From a virus (taxonomy: Duplodnaviria; Heunggongvirae; Uroviricota; Caudoviricetes): 59,697 nt of DNA. The stretch lies in IMG/VR virus record IMGVR_UViG_3300032007_000013. The stretch is one strand, 5' to 3'. A program made the translations under genes and the position numbers. The notes beneath the pieces are model-generated. The model was not told where the DNA came from, did no database searches, and worked only from the letters and a program-made list of their open reading frames with translations. Of the stretch, positions 26,669-38,468 are shown piece by piece (the first letter of the stretch is position 1; each line of letters starts with the position of its first letter).

Positions 26669-28348
26669 TTACATAGCTTCTCGATTTTTAATAGTCTTCT
26701 CAGATTTCTAATCGTCAGGTTTTTCTGGCCTACCACCAGAATTATTACCTTCTGATGTTTTTTGTGAATTATTCTAAGAAGTTTTATTATTTGTGCCCAA
26801 AACATCTTGTCCATTAATAGTATTACTACTAAGTGGAGGAATCATTAAGGTCGGCAAATCAAGAATTTCATTTTCAAAATAAGCTAAATTAACAACAGAA
26901 CTTTGTGAATGTCCAAGTGCCACTACTGGTAAAAACTTAGACTAACCATTAGCAGTTAATTCTTTATAGTACTTAGATAAATCTTTATAATTATACTAAG
27001 TTGTTTCAAGCATTGAAAACTTAAAATTAAATTTTTTATTCTAACTTTTTCTGTCTACTATTTTATCAAAAAAAATATCGAATTGCAAGAGTAAATTACG
27101 CATAGTAGATTCGTCATCTAAAATAGATTTTTCTAAAGATAAATTATTATCACTATTAAATATATTTCGTGAAATACCAAGAGCATCATAAACTGCTCTT
27201 TCTACTTTTGCTAAATCATCTGTTTTTGTAGTTGTATTTTTATCGCTAATATCAATAGAATTAACATCAGCAAATGTAGTAACTACATCAATTCCAATAG
27301 CTCGACTTAACATGGCAACCATATTATTATGAATGTCTCTTGCTTCTTCCATATCAAATAATAAATCACCATTCTTATCAGTAGGTAATTTCTATACTAA
27401 TATTTTTAATAGTTGCTACATCTATTTTTTTCTATCTAATTCCTAGGCAGCATCTAAATCAATGATGGCCGGAATAGCATTTAAGAAGATAGGGAAGTCA
27501 TTTCCATTTATATTAAATTTGACAGTGCTACCTGGTTCTAATAAATACCATCCTTCTCTTCCTTTATAATAACCTTTATCTACTTCAAAACCATCTATTT
27601 CAAAATTAGTTAATTTTCCTTGTTTATATAAAACATATCCTTTTGAAAATTCATCAGGAAATAATTTTATAACCTTCATTCTATAAGCTGGATCGGCAAA
27701 TTTATCATCAAAAAATGCCATATTAAATTCTACTACTGGGCAACCATCCGCAGTAAAATGTGAACGACAATAATCTGGAGGCAATTCTTGTATCTATATT
27801 CCACGACTACCATCAACAATATATCCATAATAGCATCCATACTTAACTACTTTTAAAGCAATATCACCGCATAATTTCTTAATATATGAATTATCTAAAT
27901 AAGTGAGTATCTTTGTATACTCTTCTAATACTTTTTCTTTTTTAGCATTATCTTTTACATTCTCAGGATAAATATACCAATCATATCTATATAAAAACGC
28001 AAAATAATTACAAACTGTTTGATAAATGCCACTAGCATTATAGAAGAAATCAGAGATAGCTCGCATAGTTTTATAATCCTTTTTTACAATTGCCTACATA
28101 ATAGCAGCTTTATTGCAGAAAGGTAATTTTGCCTATTTTAAAGTTCCTAAGTCCAATAGAGCATCCTCTAATGTTTTTACCCCTACTCGAATTTTTCCAT
28201 ATTCTGCTATCTTATCTTCCTCTGAAGATTGCCTAATTGGGAATCCAAAATTAAATAAGTCAAAACCTTTACTATGAATTAAATTCTATCTGACCGCAGA
28301 ACTAAAATTATCATTATGGATAGTTTCATTATTTTCTTGTATATCCAA
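26669..28348 (-). CDS. Portal protein (559 aa, TAG=Gln)
   Basis: TTG start with AAGGAGG SD. Joins in-frame fragments 27794-28066, 27443-27784 and 27041-27352. C-terminal GGRPEK motif. Lies between terminase and protease. Confidence 0.8.
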
Positions 28349-28361
28349 TTCACTATCCTCC

Positions 28362-28718
28362 TTAGTAGCCGGCTTTATGCATTATATAATCATAAGTTAT
28401 TAAATTTTCATCTGTATAAGGAATTTCTAATAACTTAAAACCATGTAAAGCACAAAAACGACGTTTTTTATTATCATTATATTGTTGCTAATAAAAACCT
28501 TTTTTCCCGCCAAATTTAGCAGTTGGTTCATAATGCTAACGTCCTTGATATTCAATAATAAAATCAATTTTTCCATCATCATCAAATATTACAAAATCAA
28601 AACGTAAAGGACGCCCATTATTACTACGTAATTCAGGGAAGATATATTCTTCTTCAAAATTTAATCCAGCTGCATCAAGGATTTCTTCTATTTTAATTTC
28701 TCCTCTACTAGATCTCAT
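28362..28718 (-). CDS. PD-(D/E)XK (Vsr/DUF559-like) endonuclease (118 aa, TAG=Gln)
   Basis: S.GE..I...L, LRFDF, IEYQGR-Q(TAG)-HY, D..K...C...G.KLLEIPY motifs. Confidence 0.75.
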
Positions 28719-28732
28719 TTCTATTCCTCCCT

Positions 28733-30490
28733 TTAAGTTATAAACATACAATCTGAATATTTAAATTTCTTTTTCTTCTTTTTATTTTCTTCTTCTAATT
28801 TAATATATAATAATCCATATTCTGCCGCAGAAAATTTATCCTTTCGGATACCTTTATTAGCCTATTTTAAAATAATGTTAAAACCTTCATTTTCTTCTCG
28901 AAGATTCATCATTTCCTCTTTTAATATAGAAGTTAAAGTGAATGGTTTTAAATATTCTGCCCTTTGCTCAGGAGTCATTTTCTAACCTTTTGTAGTATTT
29001 AACAATTTAGACTTAGCAATACGTTCATCAATTAAGAACTTTACTTTACCAGCATTTAACATAGTCTAAAAATTAGCATGTGCCTCAGTATTCTCTGGAG
29101 CCTATGCTTTCATTAAATACATCGCCTCTTCTTGTGTTTCATCTGTTTTATATTTTTTATATTCATCAACAGCATCAGATTGAGTTCCACCATAAACACC
29201 AAAATCAGCAAAATGCTCACCAGTCTCTTTATCATCTTGTGATTTTACCATATAATCAACTAATCCAATACCAAGACCGTTAGCATCAATAACTAAACGT
29301 CTAGCATTATATTTATAAAATAATCTTTTTAATTTAATAGCTTGATCCTCAAAATGAGTATCATTCATTGTATAAATATTCACTAATGATTTAATAGCGG
29401 GTCCAGTAGACTATGGACTTACTTTCCAAACACATACTACACTATCGCATCCTTTACGACCTACATCAACTGAAAGAATATAAAAAGTCTTAACAGTCGA
29501 ACGTCCAGAAAATTCATATTCTGGTTGATTCAAAACACGATGGCGATCAAATGTTTCTCCATTAAAGAAAGCATTTTCAGCCGTACCGCTCCATTTACTT
29601 TCATATTCACGATCAAAAGATGCTTCATTGTAAGTACCATCTCGCTATAAGTCCTATAAGAACGTTCTATCTAATAATTTCATTAATACTGGAATACGCC
29701 AAGTACCACCCATAATAAATGCTTTTTCTGGTTCAGTTATCATCCAAACTAATAACTAAATTAATTTATCATATGCGAAAGTACCTTTCCATCCAGCTGT
29801 AGTTACATATATCTGACTCTTATTTAATGTTTCTTCTGGATACGACTATCCATCCATTGCTAATCTTGAAACATTCATTGTAGGAATAATAACTTCTGAA
29901 AGAATTTGTCCATCAACACCGACACATTCTTCTATTAATCCCCCATGACGACGTTTACCACGAGATTTTTCTGTCGCTGCTATATTGTCAAAGTAAGAGC
30001 CATTTTTAAACATAAAAATACAATAATCTTTACTAATTCTTGTTTTACCAGGTCTATGGTCTAACTCTTTATCAAGTGCTGGAACTAAACGACAAAGTTC
30101 ATCTACTTTTTCTTTTATGATTCCAGCTGCTTGTTCTTTACCACCTGATGTAACAAATAATTTAGCACGCGGGTATAAAATACATCTAATCATTAAAACT
30201 AATACAGAAAGAAAAGATTTTGAATAAGCACGTGGGAATACCATATAAACATATTTATATCGCATTGCCGCACGCAAGAAAACACGTTGATAAAAGAAAA
30301 ATTTTAATCCATCTTCTGGTATGTCTCCATCTAAACCTGTCTATAAAAAATCAATAAACATATCTGGATATTCTCGCCAATAACTTACATATTGACGAAT
30401 AATTGGTTTTAATGGAGATATACGTTCTTCTGAAATACCAATTTTACGTGAAGCACTTGTTGAAAGATCTAATAAGTCTTCAAGTACCAT
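28733..30490 (-). CDS. Terminase large subunit (585 aa, TAG=Gln)
   Basis: Adenine-binding FYQR, Walker A-like PRAYSKS, Walker B-like GGLIEE, coupling motif VTTAG, nuclease motifs LSVDVGR and IDANGLG. Joins fragments 29846-30277 and 29102-29383. Confidence 0.85.
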
Positions 30491-31713
30491 TATGTATTTC
30501 CTAGAACTCCTTCATCTAAAAGTGATGCTAAATATTCTTCATCATCCATAGCTTCGTCTTCAATAAATTCTTTCAACTATGAAAAGTCTTCATCATTCAT
30601 AAATGCTTTACCATCTTCATCAAATAATTCTGCTTCAAAGGCATCATCATCACCGGCCGCATCGGCATCACGCATAGCTTCTTTTTCTTTATCAACTTGA
30701 ATTTGCTTAACAGCACTTTCAATTAAATTACCAAGGTTCATTTCTTCTGTAACTAATGTTCTAGTATATTTCTATAAATCCTATAAAGTTCTATCAACTT
30801 TATCTTGTGGGCCATCAGTATAGTAACGTGGGAAAAATCCATCACGTTCACACATTGCTATTAATTCACTAATAGAATCAACAGCATTACCACTATCAGT
30901 CTTATTTTGAGCCGCAGTAAATTTACCACTTTTCATTAACATATCATACATTTTACTTGCTTTTTGGGCACCATCAATATCACCTATATCTAATAATTGA
31001 TTAGTTTTTAATGATGCCTTACAAATCATCTTTAATGTGTCAATATGGCCAGCTGATTGAATATCATATGAATCCATCATTTGTCTATATAATGTTTCTA
31101 AATATACCCATTCTTCTGGCTTATAAGTTTTTCCCCATTTTAAACGATATTTTAATTTTTCTTCATCAGTTAATGTATCATCAATTAAAGTATCATTGTC
31201 TGCCTAATATTCATATTGAATTTGATCATTACTAGAATATACAGGATCAGGTTCTTTTAGTTCTTCTGTTGGAACTTCAAAGCTTGCTTCTTGAATAGCT
31301 TTTGCTATTTCCTAAGCATCATAGCCTTGACGTTTCATACTTTCTTCTATATTATAATTTTCTTGTTCTTGTAAAAATGCTGTGTCTTTCCATCTCCACT
31401 TTCTATATTGGTTTAGTTTCATTTTACCAATATAACGACCAATAATTGTCATTCCAGTAACAGATTCTTTGTCTTTACCATATGACATTAATAATTTATT
31501 CCATTCTTTTGGTACATATGGAACATCACATTCTTGCAAGATCCATAAAAAAGTATCTGAATTCCAATTATCTACATGCATTGTTAAACATTCTTTACAT
31601 ATATTTAATCGTCCTTCTGGATATTTCTCTAAATTATTTGAAGTGTAAAAGTTATCTTCACTTTTAGTACGACAACATTTTTCACAATATAATTGTTTTT
31701 TAGATCTAGCCAT
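30490..31713 (-). CDS. Zn-finger protein upstream of TerL (candidate terminase small subunit; 407 aa, TAG=Gln)
   Basis: N-terminal CxxC...CxxC. Joins fragments 31312-31713 and 30781-31080. TAA overlaps the TerL ATG. Confidence 0.6.
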
Positions 31714-31777
31714 TTTCCGACCTCCTTTTATATTTCTTATAAAAGGCTAATATAAATTTTCTTTTTTTGGCCTAAAA

Positions 31778-32665
31778 TTATTTTGGAATACATCCGCTAA
31801 TTATAATATCATTCTTATGTTCTAATGCATATTGTTTTCGCTAATATATTAATTCTTTTTTAGCATCTAACAAAGTATCATAATTATTTAAATCTATTAA
31901 GTTATAACATCCAAAGCATCCTGTAGCTTTAAAGTCTGGAGTAATATCAACGACAGGATTTAAACATGGCGGAATATATTGATAATATGGTAAAATAATT
32001 TGTTTTTCATAATTACTAAAATATTTTAAAGGAATCTAAGAGCAATCTAATTCTAAAATTACCTAATATTTTTTACTTAATTTTATAAATTCTATAAATT
32101 TAGATTTTAAATTTAAGTAATAATTATCTTTATTAACTAAATTGATTGGAGCCGCGATAGACACTCTTACGTATTTAATACCATATATTAATACTGCTTT
32201 CCAAAAAAAATCATAATCATTAATCTAATTACAAATATTACAGCCTAATGCAAAATCATAATTATAAAAACTTAATAATTCTAAAGACTATTTTAATTCT
32301 TCTTGCTATAATTTTGTTAAAATTAAAGGAGAATTATAATTTATTAATAATATAGTCTTTTCAGATAAATGCTCTATATACTAATATAATTTTATCCCAT
32401 TAGTAAATAAAATATATTGATTTTCATATTCATTACTAAAATTAGTAATAATATTTAATATTTCTTCAAATTGCGGATGTAATGTTGGTTCTCCCCCAAT
32501 AATGCCAATTCTAGTTCTATCTGTCATAGTTGGTCTTAACCAATCTAAAATATGATTTAACTATTCTATTGTAATATCCTATTTTTTTTCTGTATTTTTT
32601 AATGTTGTAGCAAAACAATATGGACATGATAAATTACAATATGTATTTATAATAATATTTGGCAT
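31778..32665 (-). CDS. Radical SAM enzyme (295 aa, TAG=Gln)
   Basis: ATG at 32665 with AAGGAG SD. MPNIIINTYCNLSCPYCF contains CxxxCxxC, followed by GGEPTLHP and FTNG, with C-terminal Cys residues. Invisible in the code-11 track. Confidence 0.85.
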
Positions 32666-32770
32666 TATAAATAAAAAACTCCTTTTTCTCTTATCCAAAT
32701 CTGCCCAAGCACATTTCCCACCCAAGCAGCATATTTTTCTTTTAAGTCATTTAACAACTTTTGCCCAAGC

Positions 32771-33814
32771 TCATTTTTTCTTATTTCGGCAGCATTTACA
32801 GATGGAGTAAAAGCCATCTTTACTTGTTTTATTTTTACTGAAATATTTATTATGAGCCAATTTGACTTGACCGCATCGACTGCATCTTTTATATTTTCCT
32901 GGCTTTACTTGTGTATAATACCAATTTAAATATTCATCTTCTGCGGCACAAGCAATTAAAGTAGGAATTTTACGACGCCATAAACTAGAAATATATTCAA
33001 CACTATGTTTAATTCCAAATTCTTGTTGAAGGGTAGTTTGAATATCAATATTTGACATTCCATCAATTTTACATTCTACAAGTCTTTTGTATAATGGATA
33101 AGCTTCTAAAGCTTTGTCACATATTTTTTCAAAATCATAAATTAAATACCACATATCATTTTCAAAATAGCCCCAACTATCTTCTTTTAATTTTGAATAA
33201 TTACATAAAATACCAGAGCAAACAGCGGGGTCAATTAAAGTAATTCCTTTTGAATGTAAATTACCTTCTTCATCTATTGTAATTTCTCCTTCTAATGGAG
33301 ATACATTTTTTGAATGAGTAATTTTTGTAAGGGTAATAGGTCTACGATACGCATTTTTGATTATATACTAATCTTTACGTAATTCTATTAATGTAGATTT
33401 AATAATATATGCTTCTCTACCTTCTGTGGTTTTTAATTTAGCTTCCCAAATACTTATGGCTTCTTTTAATTGTCGTAAAGGTTGTATTTCTTCTATATCT
33501 CGTTTAGTAATTGTTATCTTTGGCTAAAATATTACATTTTTATTCTCTGTTATTAAATTATAAATTCCATCTTCGCCATTTTCAAATTGGGACACAAGTC
33601 CTTCAAAAGAGGTTTCTCGTTTATTGACAGTAGTCATGCGGTTGTCAGTTAGAATTTTTCGTTCTTTACGTTCTTGTTTTTCCATACAAAGAATTAAATA
33701 GTCAGCTAGAATTTCAAGATACTTTTCACCAGGGTCTGGATTATCTTGAAGAATTTGTTTAACCAATTCATTTCTTTCTTCTGGATTATCAAGCGTATAG
33801 TCTAATTTTATCAA
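32771..33814 (-). CDS. Putative transcription regulator: sigma region-4-like HTH plus C-terminal Zn finger (TAG=Gln)
   Basis: Fragments 33524-33829 and 32771-33154 are in frame. Likely TTG start at 33814 after GGAGG. C-terminal CSRC...CKCC. Confidence 0.55.
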
Positions 33815-33850
33815 ACTATCAACCTCCACTTAACGATTTCTCTAACACAA

Positions 33851-33879
33851 ATTTTACCAAAAAAAATTTACTTTGGCAA
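33851..33879 (-). promoter_or_regulatory. sigmaA-like promoter for the 32771-33814 gene
   Basis: Minus strand TTGCCA, 17-bp spacer, TG-extended TAAAAT. Confidence 0.55.
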
Positions 33880-33937
33880 ATTAAAATTTAAATGATAAAA
33901 TTATTATAGAAAAAATAAAAAAAGAGGTATTAAGTCA

Positions 33938-34201
33938 GTGAAACTTTTTAAAGAAAACGCAACAAGAAAAGTAGATACATTAGGACGCGTAAGTATTCCA
34001 AAAGGTATGCGTGATAGATTAGATATTAAAGAACTAGATGAAGTAGAATTCTTTTTGCTGGAAGATGATAGCGGCGAACGGTATGTGGCTTTAACTAATC
34101 ATGCGGCCAGCCGAAATAAATATGCAGAAGCTGCTGATGTTCTAATTGAGTTGGGTCTTGAAATTCCTGATGAACTTGCGGCACTCGTAAATAAAAAGTG
34201 A
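33938..34201 (+). CDS. AbrB/MazE/SpoVT-family DNA-binding protein
   Basis: RKVDTLGRVSIPKGMRDRLDI motif. Confidence 0.85.
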   Translation: MKLFKENATRKVDTLGRVSIPKGMRDRLDIKELDEVEFFLLEDDSGERYVALTNHAASRNKYAEAADVLIELGLEIPDELAALVNKK

Positions 34202-34545
34202 AAATTTATACTAGTTATTTTGCTAATTATAGAAATTTCAAAGAAAATTAGTTGCCTATTGGAATTACTCGATTTCCACCAAAAAGTTGGAAAGGAATTA
34301 ATTTAAGTGAACTGGCTCCTAGTGAGACTTTATTAAAAGCCTTCAAAAATCATAGCATTGATGAATATATGTTTAAAATTAAATATCAAGAAGAACTAAG
34401 TGGAATTAATATTAGAGAAAAATTAGAATCAATAGCAAATGGTAAAGATGTAATATTGTGTTGTTATGAAAAACCAAGTGATTTTTGTCATCGACATATA
34501 TTGAATGATATGATTAACGGAGACGGAGAACTGAATAACGCATGA
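34198..34545 (+). CDS. DUF488-like protein (TAG=Gln at codon 18)
   Basis: GTG overlaps the upstream TGA. MKIYTSYFAN...LAPS...LCCYEKPSDFCHRHIL. The typical IYTSYF N-terminus is joined only by readthrough of TAG 34249. Confidence 0.75.
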
Positions 34546-34559
34546 AAGAAAACTGGGAA

Positions 34560-35450
34560 AAGAATGGAAACTTTTCTCAGTTTTTCGTTTTCCCGAATTT
34601 AAAATCGTTTTAGAAGGAAAAATGGCCAGACCAAGCCTTGTAACAATTTTGTAACTTTTTTTGGCCGAAACCCACCCCCCGGGTATGAAAGTCAAACGCA
34701 ACTCAGCCGCCAACCGCAACACATCGTACATTTTTATCTCATGATAACGTGCTAAAAGTATTGCCGACCCTCTTGGCGACTGTCTCGAAACCTCAGCCAG
34801 CACCCTCCTATTTGCTCGCCCCGCAAACGCTCAATGCGGGGCGAGTTTCGCGTTGTAACCCTTTCGTAAATTTTTTGCGTAAAATGTTACAAAAATGTAA
34901 CACGCTGTAACATCCTGTAACCAAGAGCACTAAACACACAATTAGTTATCTCGGTTACAAAATGGTTACAAAATGTAGCACTACTGTAACCCTGATGACA
35001 AAATACATGTTTGCCTCTTTCAGCCAGCCAAGAGTTAGCACACACTAACAGTGGTTGACGTGCACTTTAACACGCTAAATCGTTGAAGTGCACAAAACAT
35101 ACGATTGACGCACTCTTTAACACAGTAAAGTATTAAAGACCAAGAGCAACAGACCAAGGCACATGCGGCAAGCAGGCAACGAGCCAAGGCCATCGACCAA
35201 GGCAGAGGCAGAGAGGACGAGCCAAGGACAGCAAGCGATGAGAGAGAGAAGAGAGAGAACAATAAATAAAATAAAAGAATAAATAATAATAAATAAATAA
35301 TAATAATTAAATAATAATAATAGTATAGTATACTACTATGATATGGGTAGGGTAGGGGGTACCCAGGGGGGTGGGGGGAGGGGGTGGGGTACCCACCTAT
35401 AGGGTAGCATGGAGTAGGCAGGTAGGGCAAATAGTTACAAAAGAAAGACA
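34560..35450. other. Non-coding junction (candidate genome terminus, terminal-repeat edge or origin)
   Basis: No credible SD-led ORF. Contains hairpins, TGTWAC repeats, a purine-skewed tract, (AAT)n and G-tracts. Separates the late and early modules. Confidence 0.5.
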
Positions 35451-35612
35451 TTGACAAACCACACAACCTGTGGTATAATAGAAGTGGTGCCTTGCAATAA
35501 GGTAAGCGACGACCTTTGTTAAAAAAATAACAATCTTTTTTATAAAATAACTCTTGACATTTGCCCGGGCATGTGGTATTATAATACCAGAAAGAGAAAA
35601 GGAGATACAACA

Positions 35613-35813
35613 ATGAACCACATCATCTACATCGACAGAACATTCGACAGCAACATGAACACTATCGAGACTCAGTGCAAGAGCAAAGTGTATGGGACTT
35701 TCTCCGCACGTTATCCCAGCGGCGTCAAGAAGATGGCTCGCGTGTGGAATAAAAGACTTAATAAGATGATTGCTATTCGGTTAGACCACGATCTGGTCAG
35801 CATCATTGACTAA
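35613..35813 (+). CDS. Small early protein
   Basis: Own promoter, AAGGAG SD and downstream hairpin. Confidence 0.7.
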   Translation: MNHIIYIDRTFDSNMNTIETQCKSKVYGTFSARYPSGVKKMARVWNKRLNKMIAIRLDHDLVSIID

Positions 35814-35888
35814 TAAGAAAGACTTAAAAGTCTTTCTTTTTTTTATAAAAAACTCTTGACAGATTGGCACATCCATGCTATAATACAA

Positions 35889-35940
35889 TCACAGGTTGAG
35901 GGAAACCACACTCGGGTAGCAGAGGGGAAAGACTAACTAA
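35889..35940 (+). ncRNA. Repeated small RNA candidate, copy 1
   Basis: Promoter at 35856 followed by CACAGGTTGAGGGAAACCACACTCGGGTAGCAGAGGGG with no ORF. Confidence 0.55.
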
Positions 35941-36040
35941 ATAGTAACAAAAGAAAGACAAAAAGTTTCTAAAAATAGTTGTTGACAAATAACATCCTTT
36001 ATGTTATACTACAATCAGAAAGAGACAGGAGGACACAGAG

Positions 36041-36241
36041 ATGCTCGAAACTATCACGATCAGAAGAACAAAGAAGTCAGAAGCAATCATTAATGCTTGC
36101 GTCATGGCTTATGGTTGCTTGATGGTGGAAAAGAAAACGCGTGTTTATCTACACGCCTTTAATGGTGACGGTGTTATCATCGAAGAGATTCTACGTGATG
36201 AACAAGTGAATGTGCTGTCTCGCAAGCCGTTCAGTCTTTAA
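36041..36241 (+). CDS. Small early protein
   Basis: Promoter, AGGAGG SD, terminator. Confidence 0.7.
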   Translation: MLETITIRRTKKSEAIINACVMAYGCLMVEKKTRVYLHAFNGDGVIIEEILRDEQVNVLSRKPFSL

Positions 36242-36366
36242 GAGATAACAGATACAAGAACTTAATTAAAAAAGTTCTTGTATTTTTTTTTGAAAAGGGT
36301 ATTGACAAATCATTTTTCTTGTGCTATACTATAATCACAAAGGGAAGAGAAAAGGAGATAACAAAG

Positions 36367-36675
36367 ATGATTAACATTAGAACGATTAACAAACTCACTG
36401 AGAATGATGGACTTACTCTTAAAAATGGCAAGCCAATCACTTATAAAAGTGGTTGGCAGGTTGCCACCGAGGGCGTGGAGTGCCACACCGCACGGGAAGC
36501 CATCAACGCGGTTAAGGCTTACGCTGGTAACTGCGGGGTGTGGTTCGCTGGTGGTATCTACTACATCGACAAAAGCCACCGCGTAAACACAAAGCGGGAA
36601 GCACTGGAAGTCGGCAGGGCTTGCAATCAGATTTCCGTACTCGGTTGGCGTAAAATGGCTTTAGCGTACTGCTAA
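36367..36675 (+). CDS. Hypothetical early protein
   Basis: SD-corrected start MINIRTINK. Own promoter. Confidence 0.75.
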   Translation: MINIRTINKLTENDGLTLKNGKPITYKSGWQVATEGVECHTAREAINAVKAYAGNCGVWFAGGIYYIDKSHRVNTKREALEVGRACNQISVLGWRKMALAYC

Positions 36676-36890
36676 AGCCATTTTGTTTTATTGGAAACTC
36701 ACAAAGCGGATTTTGCCCGGGCAAAATCGTCAATCCCGAAAGGCCCCGGACTTCACCACGCTAAAGTGGCAAAGTAAAAAACGCGAATGATTGTTAAACA
36801 AATAACAATAAAAAATGTCCCGAAACTACTTGACAACAGGCACAATGTGTGTTATAATACAGTTACCAAAAGGAAAAGAGGCAAATAATC

Positions 36891-37295
36891 ATGATAGTTA
36901 GATTTGCAACACCAGCCGACACTATCCGCATTATTCGGGCTATACAGAATAAACGCATGGACTACAACACGCCGCAAGATGTACGGGAAGATGTGAATGT
37001 GGGGCGGTTGATTGTAGCAGAGGAAAACGGCAAGCTTTTGGGGTCTGTGGCTGTCGTGTATAAAGCCCATCGTGGTTATTATGCTATCATGAGAATGTGC
37101 GTGTATTCCAAAGCCAGCAAGGGAAAAGGTGTAGCAAGTGCGTTAATTGACTACGTGTTAGCTCTTGGCCTTGGCACTTATGGGGCAACGCCTTGGAATG
37201 ACAATCCGGCCATGATTCACATTTTTGTCAAAAGAGGCTTTAAGTATCAATACACATTCAAAAATAAATACGATTTTTATAAAAAAGGGGCTTGA
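36891..37295 (+). CDS. GNAT-family acetyltransferase
   Basis: VRFAT..D, VAEENGKLLG, motif A (KGKGVASALI) and N...F.K.GF. Confidence 0.8.
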   Translation: MIVRFATPADTIRIIRAIQNKRMDYNTPQDVREDVNVGRLIVAEENGKLLGSVAVVYKAHRGYYAIMRMCVYSKASKGKGVASALIDYVLALGLGTYGATPWNDNPAMIHIFVKRGFKYQYTFKNKYDFYKKGA

Positions 37296-37350
37296 CAAAT
37301 TCAAGCCCTTATGTTATAATACAATCACAAAAGGAAAGGAGATCAAAAAA

Positions 37351-38254
37351 ATGTTTAATGTTTATTACATCCGCAATGAGTATGAACTCAACGCTAAATT
37401 TGAGAAAAGAGGAAGTGCTCTTTTATTTGCTCATAATTTTGTATCTATGTTAGGCGGAGATTATGCCGCTGTTACTGATACAGAAACAAATAAAACTATA
37501 CAAATTTATAGCAGATACTAAAAAAGGCTGATACAGCCTTTTTTATTTACATTAAAAAAATTGAAAAAAAGTGCTTGACAAATCGCCCGGGCAGTGCTAT
37601 ACTATAATCACAAAGAGGGAAGGGAAACCCAAACAAACCGGAAAGGAAGAAAAAAATGGAGTTTTACAGCATGGAGCAGTTCGAGATCATGGGCGACCTG
37701 ATGGAAGATTATCAAGAGTGGCTGGACTTTGAAGAGGACATGAAGTCCAATCCTTGGGGCTGAAAAAGCCCCAAGGAAATTAAAAAAAGTGCTTGACAAA
37801 GCAAAAGGCTTATGGTATAATACAATCAGAAAGAAAGAAAAGGAGATAAAAAAAATGTACATCGTAACTGCTTATAAGATTTGGGAAGAGTTTGAAGACT
37901 ACGACAAAGCCGAACTGTACTTCGCCGCTTTGAGACATGGCGGGTATAAGTACGTGGAACTGAAAAAGAAAACCACGACCGATAAATACGAATACTTTGA
38001 AAGTATCAAAATCTTTGTGAAATAATTAAAAAAGGGGCTTGACAAATCAAGCCCTTTATGTTATAATGTAATCACAAAAGAGAAAAGGAGATAAAAAAAT
38101 GAAAGTAATTCAGAACATCGAATGCGGCAACATCTTTCCCTACACCCTTGAGGGATTGATTGAAATGAGAGAAGAAGCCCGCGAACTTTACGATATTGAA
38201 GATCCCACCAATACGGTGAGCATTTCCGAATACTATCAGATAATTACGCTGTAA
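37351..38254 (+). CDS. Four small early ORFs (37351-37521, 37656-37763, 37855-38025, 38099-38254)
   Basis: Each has its own promoter and SD. 37656-37763 is highly acidic. Confidence 0.65.
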
Positions 38255-38315
38255 AAAGCGTAATTTTTTTTTGAAAAAGGGCTTGACAAATCGCCCGGGC
38301 AATGCTATAATACAA

Positions 38316-38368
38316 TCACAGGTTGAAGGAAACCGCACCGGGGCAGTGGAGGGGAGAGACTGACTTAA
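38316..38368 (+). ncRNA. Repeated small RNA candidate, copy 2
   Basis: Promoter at 38283 followed by CACAGGTTGAAGGAAACCGCACCGGGGCAGTGGAGGGG. Confidence 0.55.
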
Positions 38369-38468
38369 TAGTTACAAAAGAATGACAAAAAATTTCTAAA
38401 AAAAACTCTTGACATTTGCCCGGGCTTATGCTACAATACAATCAGAAAGAACAAAGGAGGACAAAAAA

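Noticed and set aside
1-33829. Pseudogenised or decayed prophage explanation for the fragmented ORFs
   Set aside because: The breaks I checked are all TAG and never frameshifts. Genes end neatly at TAA/TGA next to SD sites.
35035-35613. 192-aa minus-strand ORF with Y/I/L runs
   Set aside because: Translation of the low-complexity junction DNA.
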